A stretch of 64,000 nt of DNA, taken from positions 76,518,003 to 76,582,002 of the forward strand of contig NC_068991.1 of the NCBI RefSeq assembly GCF_001194135.2, read 5' to 3'. The position numbers and the translations under genes are program-made. Under the pieces are notes generated by a model, which saw only the letters and a list, made by a program, of their open reading frames with translations, was not told the DNA's origin and searched no databases. The stretch is from Octopus bimaculoides. Its lineage: Eukaryota. Positions 13,219 through 24,213 of this stretch are shown piece by piece; the first letter of the stretch is position 1; the number at the start of each line of letters is the position of its first letter.

Positions 13219-13292
13219 TGTCATTGCCTGGAATCGAACTCGAAATCTTGGGAGTTGGTAGCCCGTGCTCTTAACCACTACGCCATATGCCC
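13217..13292 (-). promoter_or_regulatory. tRNA-derived head with internal Pol III A and B boxes
   Basis: GGGCATATGGCGTAGTGGTTAAGAGC...GAGTTCGATTCCAGGC; A box TGGCGTAGTGG, B box GTTCGATTCC. Confidence 0.75.
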
Positions 13293-13444
13293 GTGGGCAT
13301 ATGGCGTAGTGGTTAAGGCTGGAAGGTACATCAGCCGAAACGTGTTAACAACAAACAAGATGAGGACAAATATCTGCCAAATGTAAATAATGTAAATAAT
13401 ATAAATAATGCACATAATTCCTCATCTCTTAAATATACAACTGT

Positions 13445-13734
13445 AAGATCACGTATGTTCCCAACACTACACTAAAAACAAAACTCGCACTTCTCTTTCC
13501 TAGTGCAGAATCTAAGCCCACCAGGCTTGCCTCTACCTGTTTACATCCCATCACCCTACAGCTGAATTCCCTTATGGTCAATACTCGCTCGGTATTCTGG
13601 CTGCCTCGGAGGTTGAATAACCTCCAGCCTCCCCGGGAAAGCCTGCCTACGCCAGGTAGAAAGCCTTCCAATAGCAGAAAACGAGAGATCTTATGGGTTT
13701 CTACTCAGAAAACTGGTGTTGGAAAATGGATGTA
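13445..13734 (+). mobile_element. Continuation of the interrupted PLE (RT-EN linker)
   Basis: Stop-free frame KITYVPN...SRKREILWV...KTGVGK, continuing the left-hand DKISY and ending in the PLE RKR.I.W...VKT.VGK motif. Confidence 0.6.
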
Positions 13735-13958
13735 ACCGTAATAGTCTGTTGATCTGATGAGCTGGCCTTCTGTATCTCCATTAGCTTGTAAAATGTACAA
13801 TAGTAGTAAGCAATTTATAATATACACACTAGTGAAGGTATGTAAATTTATAATAGGATAAATTATTCCTCCACGATGTTGGCTGCGAAACGATAGTCAT
13901 CCTATGGATAACAACTGATAAAGTAGATATATTCATCTCATTCCACCTGAATTTCTCC

Positions 13959-13990
<32 letters not shown>

Positions 13991-14826
13991 NNNNNNNNNN
14001 NNNNNNNNNNNNNNNNNNNNNNNNNNNNNNNNNNNNNNNNNNNNNNNNNNNNNNNNNNNNNNNNNNNNNNNNNNNNNNNNNNNNNNNNNNNNNNNNNNNN
14101 NNNNNNNNNNNNNNNNNNNNNNNNNNNNNNNNNNNNNNNNNNNNNNNNNNNNNNNNNNNNNNNNNNNNNNNNNNNNNNNNNNNNNNNNNNNNNNNNNNNN
14201 NNNNNNNNNNNNNNNNNNNNNNNNNNNNNNNNNNNNNNNNNNNNNNNNNNNNNNNNNNNNNNNNNNNNNNNNNNNNNNNNNNNNNNNNNNNNNNNNNNNN
14301 NNNNNNNNNNNNNNNNNNNNNNNNNNNNNNNNNNNNNNNNNNNNNNNNNNNNNNNNNNNNNNNNNNNNNNNNNNNNNNNNNNNNNNNNNNNNNNNNNNNN
14401 NNNNNNNNNNNNNNNNNNNNNNNNNNNNNNNNNNNNNNNNNNNNNNNNNNNNNNNNNNNNNNNNNNNNNNNNNNNNNNNNNNNNNNNNNNNNNNNNNNNN
14501 NNNNNNNNNNNNNNNNNNNNNNNNNNNNNNNNNNNNNNNNNNNNNNNNNNNNNNNNNNNNNNNNNNNNNNNNNNNNNNNNNNNNNNNNNNNNNNNNNNNN
14601 NNNNNNNNNNNNNNNNNNNNNNNNNNNNNNNNNNNNNNNNNNNNNNNNNNNNNNNNNNNNNNNNNNNNNNNNNNNNNNNNNNNNNNNNNNNNNNNNNNNN
14701 NNNNNNNNNNNNNNNNNNNNNNNNNNNNNNNNNNNNNNNNNNNNNNNNNNNNNNNNNNNNNNNNNNNNNNNNNNNNNNNNNNNNNNNNNNNTGTGTGTGA
14801 ATGTGTGTGTGTGTGTGTGTGTGTGT

Positions 14827-15215
14827 GAAGATCTACATCCGAGAAAAAACTGCCCATTTAAGAAAGTGGAATGTTTCCGTTGTAGAAAAATTGGACACGT
14901 AAAAGCGCACTGTAACAGCCAAGATGACAAAACGCTGGAACAAAGAAAAGCGAGTAAAAAAAGATATTGTCGAAAGAAAATGGTAAGGTGACAAAGAGGA
15001 CATTCGTAAATGTGAAAATTGAAAATATAAGAGTAAAAATCCAGTTACACACTGGAAGTGATATTACCAGTTTGAATGAAGCAACTTGAAACTATATATT
15101 GGTAAACCAAAATTAAGTAAATCTCCGAAAGTAGCACACAGTCTTGCGGATAAAAAATTATATTTTGCAGGTGAATTTGAGTGCAATGTGACATTTCGTG
15201 ACCAAGCATATACCT
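14827..15215 (+). mobile_element. Ty3/Gypsy gag zinc knuckle and aspartic protease remnant
   Basis: CFRCRKIGHVKAHC (CX2CX4HX4C), then FVNVKIENIRVKIQLHTGSDIT (LDTG with D->H) and GEFECNVTF; contains stops and frameshifts. Confidence 0.8.
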
Positions 15216-15221
15216 CTTCAA

Positions 15222-16820
15222 ACAGGAGGTAGAAATCCGTTACTGTCAGTTAATCAGTGAACAAAGTGTAAACCATATGGGTCGGTGAGGGCGAGTTATT
15301 TCCCTTAGGCCTGTTCAGTTGGCAGTCTATATTGACAAAAGTGGCGAATAGGGATTTCCGCCCTTAGGATGCTCCTAGCCCGTAAGGATTTTTTCTGTTC
15401 TACTCGATGAATGAGGAATCCCATGCTTGCAGCAGGTAGGGCTTGAAATGGAGACAGGGTCTATAGATCTCATTGGAATCTGATAGTATCTGGATACCGG
15501 GTGTCTTGGAAGATCCTTGTTCACTCCCGTTGATATAGGATCCCGGTCGCTCTATGATTTTCCACTTGATATCGTAAGGGGTTCCTTCATCTTTAAGGCG
15601 CCACACCTGGCTTGCGAGGGACACGACGATTCATCTTTCCGGAATCCTTAAAGAGGACCTGTAGCTGTACAGGTGCCGCTCGAAGGCAGTTCTGGCTGAC
15701 CCGATATAACTGAACTTGAGTGCTGGTTGTGTTCACATCTCTCGTACCTCCTCCGTTGGTTCCGGGCCTGGAACTGTTGTCGCTGCTGTTATTACGAAAC
15801 GTGGTTCTGGTGATATTGGTGTGGCTGTTGCTGTTGTGGTAGGCATATCCGGCCGTAGTGTTCGTGTTGCTGTTGCTGTCACTGATGGTCTTATGATTGC
15901 CATCGTTGATAATACTGGGTGTGGGACTGGTGGTGCTGCTGGTATTGGCTGGTATTGGCGTGGTGTTGTGGTCGTTGGCGTCGGTGCTGGTGCTTCTGCT
16001 GCCGTCGCTGCTGCCGTCGATGTTGTTGGATGAGCCGCTGCTGATATTACTTTCATTGCCAGGTCTGGGCATCACTACTGTGTCATACACGATCCCTGCA
16101 GCCTCGCATTGCACGGCTCCCACTGAGCAGTCATTATTTTCCTTCAATCAACAACCTGCCTCTTTCCATGTTATATGGGTGTTAATATTCTTTTCATGTT
16201 GGGTGCGCAAGTAAAGTTTTGCCTATTGACCAAACCTCCGTACCTATGTGTCTGCCTACTAACCTGAGCAATATTCTTCTCACACAAGTCTTGACGTTTA
16301 GTGAGGAGAGTGGGACAAACAAAACTACGTTCTGGCGGCTCTTCCATTTGTGGGTTCCAGGGCCTGCTATATATGAGATGCGGTCTTTAAATTCATTGTA
16401 ACTGGGGCTTGTGGGAACGAAAATTTCTTGACTCGAGGATAAGTTCGAGAACCTCTTGCTGACACCCTTCATTGGGTTCTTGAACACGGTAGGGGGTGGT
16501 AGAAGTCTATGTTGGTGTAGGCAGCCTCTCGTTTGGTTTACAGTAGGGCCTGTGTGTACCTGAGCCCAAGTTTAGCATGACATCTAGGAAGTCCACGGTG
16601 GTAAGGTTCGTTTCAATAGTTATTTTGAGTCACATCGAGCGTAGGGTGCTAATCAGGTCCTTTCTAGGCCTATCAAGTGTGTGCCCATCGGTTCCTCTAG
16701 AGATGGCCAGAGTGCCATCTCTGTAGAGGCCGAAGAGATCTGAAGGGAACTTCTTCCCTAAGGTGTCCAGGATGTATAGTCAATGAGGTTACATACGTCG
16801 GCACTGTCGTACGCTTTCAT
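15222..16820 (-). mobile_element. 5'-truncated Penelope-like element (RT C-half, then GIY-YIG EN, then 3' UTR)
   Basis: MKAYDSADVCNLI (RT motif B), GLYRDG (YRDD type), VDFLDV, thumb KGVSKRFSNLSSSQEIF, EN QCEAAGIVYDTVV...YIGSARTAFERH...SQVWRLKDEGTPYDIKWKII; multiple lesions. Confidence 0.9.
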
Positions 16821-17700
16821 CACCGAGGGGGTCGTATGTGAGGCTGTAGTGATACTCAGACCTAGCAGTCAAAGTAAGGGCAGCAACGGCTCATCAAACA
16901 ACGGCAGCGGCGACGGCGGCAGAAGCACCAGCACCGACGCCAACGACGCGTTACAGCCGGAGAAGACGACCACGCCAACTCTAGCAGCACCAGTGGGATG
17001 ACTACCACAACGACAACAGCCACGCCGATATAACCAGACCCACTCTTCGTAATAACAGCACCGATAACAGGTCAAATAACAGCAGTGGCAATAACAACAA
17101 TTGCAGGCTCGGAACCAACGGAAGAGGTACGCGAGATGTAAACGTAGTATATCGGGTCAGCCGGAACTGCCTTCGAGCGGCACCTGTACAACTACAGGTC
17201 ATCTTTCAGGATTCTGAAAAAGTGATTTGTCACGTCCTTGGCAATTTAGGTGTATCGCCTTAAAGATGAAGGAACCCCATACGATATCAAGTGGAAAATC
17301 ATAGAGCTACCGGGATCCTATATCAACGGGAGCGGGCCCTGCATAGCGGAGCGAGCAAGGATTCTCAGATACTATTAAATTCCCGACATGAGATTTATAG
17401 CCCCTGCCCATATTTCGAACGCTACCTGCTGCAAGCATGGAATTCCCCATTCATCGATTAGAACAGAAAAAAGTCCTTACGGTCTAGAAACATCTTAAGG
17501 GTGGAAGTTCCCCATTCGTCATTTTAACCCATATGGACTGTCAACTGAACTGGTCTAAAGGGGAAAATTCGCCCATGCCGACCCATATGGTCTACTCTTT
17601 GTTCTCTGATTAACGGATTTCTACCTCCACCATTGAAATCTGATGAGGCGTCCATAGGGTTAAACGCCTAATGGATGCGAAACCATTGGTCACTCTATGA
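16821..17700 (+). mobile_element. Second PLE arm (EN, 3' UTR, hammerhead), inverted relative to the first
   Basis: EGVVCEAVV...YIGSAGTAFERHLYNYRSSFR...DEGTPYDIKWKII. The 3' UTR aligns with the reverse complement of 15222-15420. Confidence 0.88.
17633..17699 (+). ncRNA. Type I hammerhead ribozyme at PLE 3' end
   Basis: CTGATGA (17640-17646)-G-GCGTCCAT...ATGGATGC-GAAA (17679-17682)-CCATTGG-TC|. Catalytic core intact, strong stem II, stem I degraded. Confidence 0.7.
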
Positions 17701-17837
17701 TCGGACATATACTTAACTGCATTTGAATACATTACTGCTCTACTCTTTAAAGTATGCTTCTTTTTGGACATATGACACACTGACGATGTGAGTGTGTATG
17801 TGTGTGCGTGTGTGTGTGTGTGTGCGTGTGTGCGTGC

Positions 17838-17874
<37 letters not shown>

Positions 17875-17910
17875 TGTGTGTGGGTGTGGGTGTGTGTGTG
17901 TATTATGCTA

Positions 17911-18103
17911 ATGCAGCGAACTGGCACAATCGTTGACATGCCGGGGAAAATGCTTAGCCTTATTTCGTCCGTCTTTACGCTCAGATGTCAAATTCCGCTG
18001 AAGTCGACTTTGCCTTTCCTCCTTTCGGGATACACTGGGTTCGATACAATCGACTTAACCCTCCCCGGAAATTGCTTGCCTTGTGCCAAATTTTGGAACC
18101 AAT
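17911..18103 (+). mobile_element. SINE family A, diverged with internal deletion
   Basis: Head, gtcgactttgcctttc core, ccttgtgccaaa tail. Confidence 0.7.
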
Positions 18104-18399
18104 ATATATAGTGATTCAGTGATTATAACATGTATATTATATTCATTAGTGTAGACAGGCAATCCAATTATAAATCTCGGAGTGAAATAAACGTTTTTGA
18201 TCAAGTTTAGATATATTCATTGCCTGACTACATATGATTGTACACTGTATGTGTATGTGTATGTTTGTGCATATGTCCTTATGTGTTTGTGCGTTTATGT
18301 ACAAACAGAGCCTTTCTTGTCTATGTGTGAATTCCCTCCTTTTTCATTTCCTTTATATTATTGATTTCTGGTTTCTTAAAAACTATAATATTGCTTTAT

Positions 18400-20460
18400 G
18401 TAATATACTTGTTTTTTAATCCATTGCTTTAAATAGAATTTTTTAATATCCTTTTTCAAAATTCTGTTATGGATTTTTTTCTTTAAAGAATCTAAAACAA
18501 AATTTTTGCCAATCTTAGCAACTCTCTATATTGAAACATTAATTATTTTTCCTTTTTGGTTTTGTCATGATATTCTTCGAAACTTTTCTTATAATCAATT
18601 TCATAGGCATTTCTTTTGTCTTATACTTGAAGAATTGCTATTGTTTTGTTTTCTAACATTATATTTATGACTAGGAAATAAGATTACAATCTATACTTCT
18701 TTTCTCTCTTGTTTCCAATAATTTTAACTCTACAAGATATATCTTAATACTTTTCTTGAAGCACACCATTATTTATTCTAATTAGTTCATCCCTCTATTA
18801 AAACGCGTGTTTAAATTCATAATTTTTTAATTAGTGTGTTCTTATTCTCTATTCGTGTATTTTCATAACATTAAAGAAATAAATGTGTTCAAGATAGAAC
18901 ATTATTTAGCCTAAAGGAAATTTCAATTGTTTCAGCAGTAAATGTGCTTTTTAAATATAAAATATACAATTTATATTAAAAACTTTATGACGTTTTTAAA
19001 TCGCCGCTACTAACACATAATAGCTTCATACAAAAATATGACATTATCTTACAGTATATATACTTTTTTTTTCGTTTTATTCCAGAACTATTCCATTAAA
19101 GATATTTTTATATTATCTACCGCTAGAAACAAACTTAAGGTTTTACAGGTTTTTTTACATTGATTATTTTTTTTTTACCGTGAATGATTTGGTAAAGATA
19201 TTGTCTTGTCTCAATTTATCTCAACTATTTAAGATTTTTTCAGTGATTTCGTAACCATATACATATTGCTGATCGGCCACTATCTAGTATTCTTAGAAAG
19301 TTATTTACTTTTCAGCAGATATTCTATATTTTTTCATCTTTAACTAAATATATTTGTTACTGTTTTCCGAGTGAAATTAGGAAAAAAGTGTTCAACCACA
19401 ATGCATCTGATTCAGTTCCCTCAAACAATTATACACAGCATTGATAATAATATACCGAATACAACAGAAACTTATCGTTGATTCATAATTTTTGTTCGAG
19501 CCCAATGGCCTATTATCATTCGTGTTTCAAATACCAGTGCTAAAGAAGTCTCTGAGAGGCTGGAACTTATTCACAGGTTTTAAAGAATATATTGTTATCG
19601 TTATTATCACCGATAAAGCTTGTTACTGTGTCATAAATTTAGCCTTGACTGTATTATTATTCATTCTTAGAATGGTGCAGAATATAATTAAAGTTTCTTA
19701 AATAATTGATGTTAAATGCATCTTATATTATGTCAGAATGGCTGATTATCAGAATCGGAAGCCACTTGGACTAGGGGCATATAGTTACATCTGTTTACGT
19801 AGAAGCGAACTTTTCATTGAGTCGATACTATAAAATAGCAGTTAAGTACGAATTTCCTCAACTATTTCCTCCAATAAAACTAAGGGGTTATGCGAAAGAT
19901 AGAAATTAATATTTTTTCTAATTCTTTAAAAGTATGATCATCCATTATTTTATTTCATAAATTTTTCCCTTCAAAAATTCTTATCAATAACTCATTTTTG
20001 CAACGGCAGTTTTCGAAATTGAAATAACTTTGTCATTAATTCTGTATTATTAACTTTAAGTATTGTAATTCTAATTTTGAGTAAAGATTCTTTTCTGGTT
20101 TTGCTTTTCTTTTTGGTAATTGTTTTAATTCTTCTAAATTATTATGAATATTTAAAATTGGCGTTAATAGAATTGTTTTGTCTTCTTTGTCCAAAAGTTT
20201 TCTATATAATTTTCAAATAAATTCTAATAGTCTATTCGTCTTTCAAGCGAACACATTATCGTTAATTTGAAATTCATCACTGGCTTTGAAATATAACTTT
20301 TTAAATAACTTTTTTTAATTCTTTTTGAAAACTAGTGTTAGAGACTTTTTTTTAAATATCGATTGTTTTCTACATAATATGGCCACGCTATTAATAGTAA
20401 ATACACTTAAATCTGCAGTAAAACAATTTTGGTGATACATATTAATTAATGAAGCCTTAC
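18400..20460 (-). mobile_element. Possible highly decayed large DNA transposase
   Basis: Microsatellite-free, T-rich on the plus strand. Minus-strand fragments MYHQNCF, KGKIYEIK and TFKELEKIL are only weakly protein-like. Confidence 0.2.
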
Positions 20461-21552
20461 AGCCTCTTGGTGTAGCATTCCAAGTTTTCGTGCTGACATT
20501 CTGTGATGTTCCTGGTTACTTTCATCTCCATATCGTATAAAAGTGATATACATTGAGTTTTAGGCAATCGAACAGTAATCAGATTAAATGATACTTTCAC
20601 TTTCATAATATGTATTTTATATGTGCGTGTACGTTGGTGTATATATATATATGTGTGTGCGTATTTATATATTTATATATGTGTTCATATATGTATGCAA
20701 ATACCTCTATACATGTATGTGTGTGTATATATATATATACACACGTATATATATATGTATATATATGTACATATATATATATATGTNNNNNNNNNNNNNN
20801 NNNNNNNNNNNNNNNNNNNNNNNNNNNNNNNNNNNNNNNNNNNNNNNNNNNNNNNNNNNNNNNNNNNNNNNNNNNNNNNNNNNNNNNNNNNNNNNNNNNN
20901 NNNNNNNNNNNNNNNNNNNNNNNNNNNNNNNNNNNNNNNNNNNNATATATATATATACGTGTGTGTGTAGTTAAGTATGTGTGTGTGGTTTGTGCAGGTC
21001 TGTGTGTATGTGTGTGAGTGTGTGTGTTCAACACAACTTTATTTAAAATCCCAAGGTAAGTATAATGTAGCTTATGTTCACTGTTAATAATTTCACTATA
21101 TGTTGCAAATAAATGTAAATACATCTTGCCATTCCCTTAGCACCCAAGCAAATAAAGCTCGTTATTCTTCTGTTTCAGAACTTGCTAAATAATCAGAAGT
21201 ACTTTTCATTCTTGTGCACGCGAAGAGTAGAACAATAGTCGTTATTTAAAATAAACACAAACTAAAACCAAGGTGTAATGAGTAGACAAAAGAACATGTG
21301 GATACTTCGATGGTGGAGTAATCACTTATATATTGAGTGGTCTCGACACAGGAGATGATGGGGATTTATCTCTCCGCTAGCGATATAAACAAGAGTGTAT
21401 TTTACACGAAAAGCCGATAGGAAAGTTTCTCTCATGGTATCTATTGCAATATACTTTGCTCTAATAGAACAGCCACGTTTAAGTGGAGATATATATTACC
21501 TCTTGTTATTAATACTGCATCTGTTTCTAATGAATAACATAAATATATAAAT

Positions 21553-21659
<107 letters not shown>

Positions 21660-21892
21660 TACTAGTTATCGTCAAGCTAACATAGTATTCCAGAAAAATA
21701 GCTATGTAACACAAAAACCTGTGTCACATGGCTAGCTAGAGGCGAATGCCTCTTTGAACTAATCAACGGCAGCATTCATCCTAATTTTATGGACTGCCAT
21801 GTTAGCTTGGCGATAACTATTAATACACAGTACTGCTACCGTAGTCTCCTTCAGAGAGATTTAAAAATAAAAATAATAATAATCATATATAC

Positions 21893-21931
<39 letters not shown>

Positions 21932-21938
21932 GGCAGGC

Positions 21939-21972
<34 letters not shown>

Positions 21973-22707
21973 TACAACATGTATTACAAAGTCTAAGATA
22001 AATATTGTGTTTAACTACAGTTTTCCAAGTTTTTACTAACTGATATTTATTAATTGGTTAACCATACTGCGAACGGATGCACTTTATGCAAATTGTTTTA
22101 ACTATTGCTGCTAGGTAATTGTCTGTATTCGTTTGGGTTTAAAAAGCACACTCTCAAGCCAAACTAATAAAAACTATCAATAAGCAGTAATTGCTAGAGT
22201 TATTTCATTTATTCTCCAACTGAAAAATTACATTCTGTTTTGTTTTTTTTCAGATAACAATTTGTAATGGAAACTGCGTTTTTAATTGTTTTAAAGGATT
22301 AAATATGTATGTGAGCGTATGTGAAAGCAAGTGAGAGAGTTAATATGAGTTTGTGTACGTAATCCAAGAGACTGTGCGCATGAATATATGAGGCCATATC
22401 CGCTTCGTAATAATATATATTAAATTACAAACACACGCACAGAGACACACAGACACACATACACATACAAGTTATAATTTAAATGTGTACAATGTATATA
22501 TATAAGATGCACATATACTTAAATATAGCTATATATACATATGTGCATATAATTATGTACTAACAAGTATATATATATATATATATATATATATNNNNNN
22601 NNNNNNNNNNNNNNNNNNNNNNNNNNNNNNNNNNNNNNNNNNNNNNNNNNNNNNNNNNNNNNNNNNNNNNNNNNNNNNNNNNNNNNNNNNNNNNNNNNNN
22701 NNNNNNN

Positions 22708-22764
<57 letters not shown>

Positions 22765-23232
22765 TATGTATGTATATGTATATAGATATATGCATACATA
22801 AATCCATACATACATAGATACATATATGAAATGCGTAAAGTATTGATAATGGATATCATATGCATATAAAAATGTATACATTTTGAAATAATAATCTTCG
22901 TATATTTTTTCGTCTTGTTGCTGTTATTATTTGCATTGCTTTTATTATGCGGCCATTGTTCTACCTCGACTATTATTATTGATCCTATTATTATTTTTGA
23001 ACAATTTATGAAGATTGACGTAAATCGTTCCGAAGATAAATACACAATAAGAAGATCGCGATGCGATGTGTAATAAAATAGAGATTGACTGATTATTCAA
23101 CTAAACACTATTTCAACAGCTTGTCTTCTTTGGGTTAAAAAACAAAGTCAATCTGTATTTAATTATCTATCGCATCGTACTCTTCTTTTTTTTTTTTGTG
23201 TGTGTTGTCATTATTGTTATTATTATTATTAA

Positions 23233-23415
23233 GGCGGCGAGCTTAGCAGCATTTCGTCTGTCTGCTCGTCCTGACTTCAAATTCCGCCGAGGGGGTCGAG
23301 TTTGATTCTCATCCTTTGCTAGTCGGTAAAATAAGTACCAGCTGAACACTGAGGTCGGTGTAATCGGCTAGTCTGCTCCCCCAAAAGTTCAGGCTTTGTG
23401 CCTATCGTAGAAAGG
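23233..23415 (+). mobile_element. SINE family A with internal deletion, between (ATT)n tracts
   Basis: GGCGGCGAGC head, ttcaaattccgccgag, tgtgcctatcgtagaaagg tail. Confidence 0.75.
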
Positions 23416-23448
<33 letters not shown>

Positions 23449-23695
23449 GAGTGAGAGAGCAGTGCATGCTCTCAATGTGACACTGGGGTACAAATATAAG
23501 AAATCAAGTATACCCATCATGACTACCCGTCTGATAAGGGTACACCAGGCACATGCATCACAGCCACATGTGTGTGACATGGTGATCTCATATCAAGATA
23601 AACAATCCATGACCTTGCATGTGGGGCCCAGTTATCAGCCCAAAATGGCTGCTAGTTAGCAAGGTGGGACACACATAAGAAAGAAGAAAGCAAAG

Positions 23696-23737
23696 GACCA
23701 CTGATGAGGTCACAGAAGTGTGACGAAAAAACTCTGG
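23696..23737 (+). ncRNA. Hammerhead motif with degenerate stem III
   Basis: CCA-CTGATGA (23701-23707)-G-GTCAC(agaagt)GTGAC-GAAA-aaac-TC|TGG. Confidence 0.55.
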
Positions 23738-23902
23738 CGGAAATAGGATTAATGTAATGTAATGTAATATAAAGCTGAAACAAATTAACACCAAATATGC
23801 AGTGCGTGTGTTTTTATTGGCTAAACTGGCAATATGACCATCCCCAAATACANNNNNNNNNNACTAGATAGATACATACATACATACATACATACATAGA
23901 TG

Positions 23903-23985
<83 letters not shown>

Positions 23986-24176
23986 GGATGGATGGATGGA
24001 TGGATGGATGGGAATAGATGAGAATCAGATATTCTTCGTATAGAATACACACTGTTGTACTGAAGAGATTTAAACTTGAGAGAGCTTAGAAGTAGGCATA
24101 CATATATACATCTTTTGTATTTCATATATTTAATATGTTTTATATATTGATTTGTCTAACTTGTTTATCCCTATAC

Positions 24177-24213
<37 letters not shown>

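Larger units (their letters stand above)
12460..13445. mobile_element. Foldback non-autonomous element: head-to-head tRNA heads, (TAA)n spacer, hammerhead-bearing arms
   Basis: 12460-12541 is the inverted match of about 13317-13415. Perfect 23-bp palindrome at 13270-13292/13295-13317. Degenerate flanking duplication taagatctcatat (12447-12459) / taagatcacgtat (13444-13456). Confidence 0.75.

Noticed and set aside
13217-13292. Functional tRNA gene
   Set aside because: A and B boxes are present, but the acceptor and anticodon stems do not form a cloverleaf; it is a SINE-type head, as are the other tRNA-like sequences here.
13754-13800. CTGATGA at about 13754 (and at about 28938) as additional hammerheads
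   Set aside because: No GAAA core with a paired stem II follows.
15709-17147. The GIY-YIG insert as a spliceosomal intron (aaaGTAAG/aaaGTAAT donors, AG before YIG)
   Set aside because: Splicing at these sites does not restore the frame in either arm, and there is no polypyrimidine tract.
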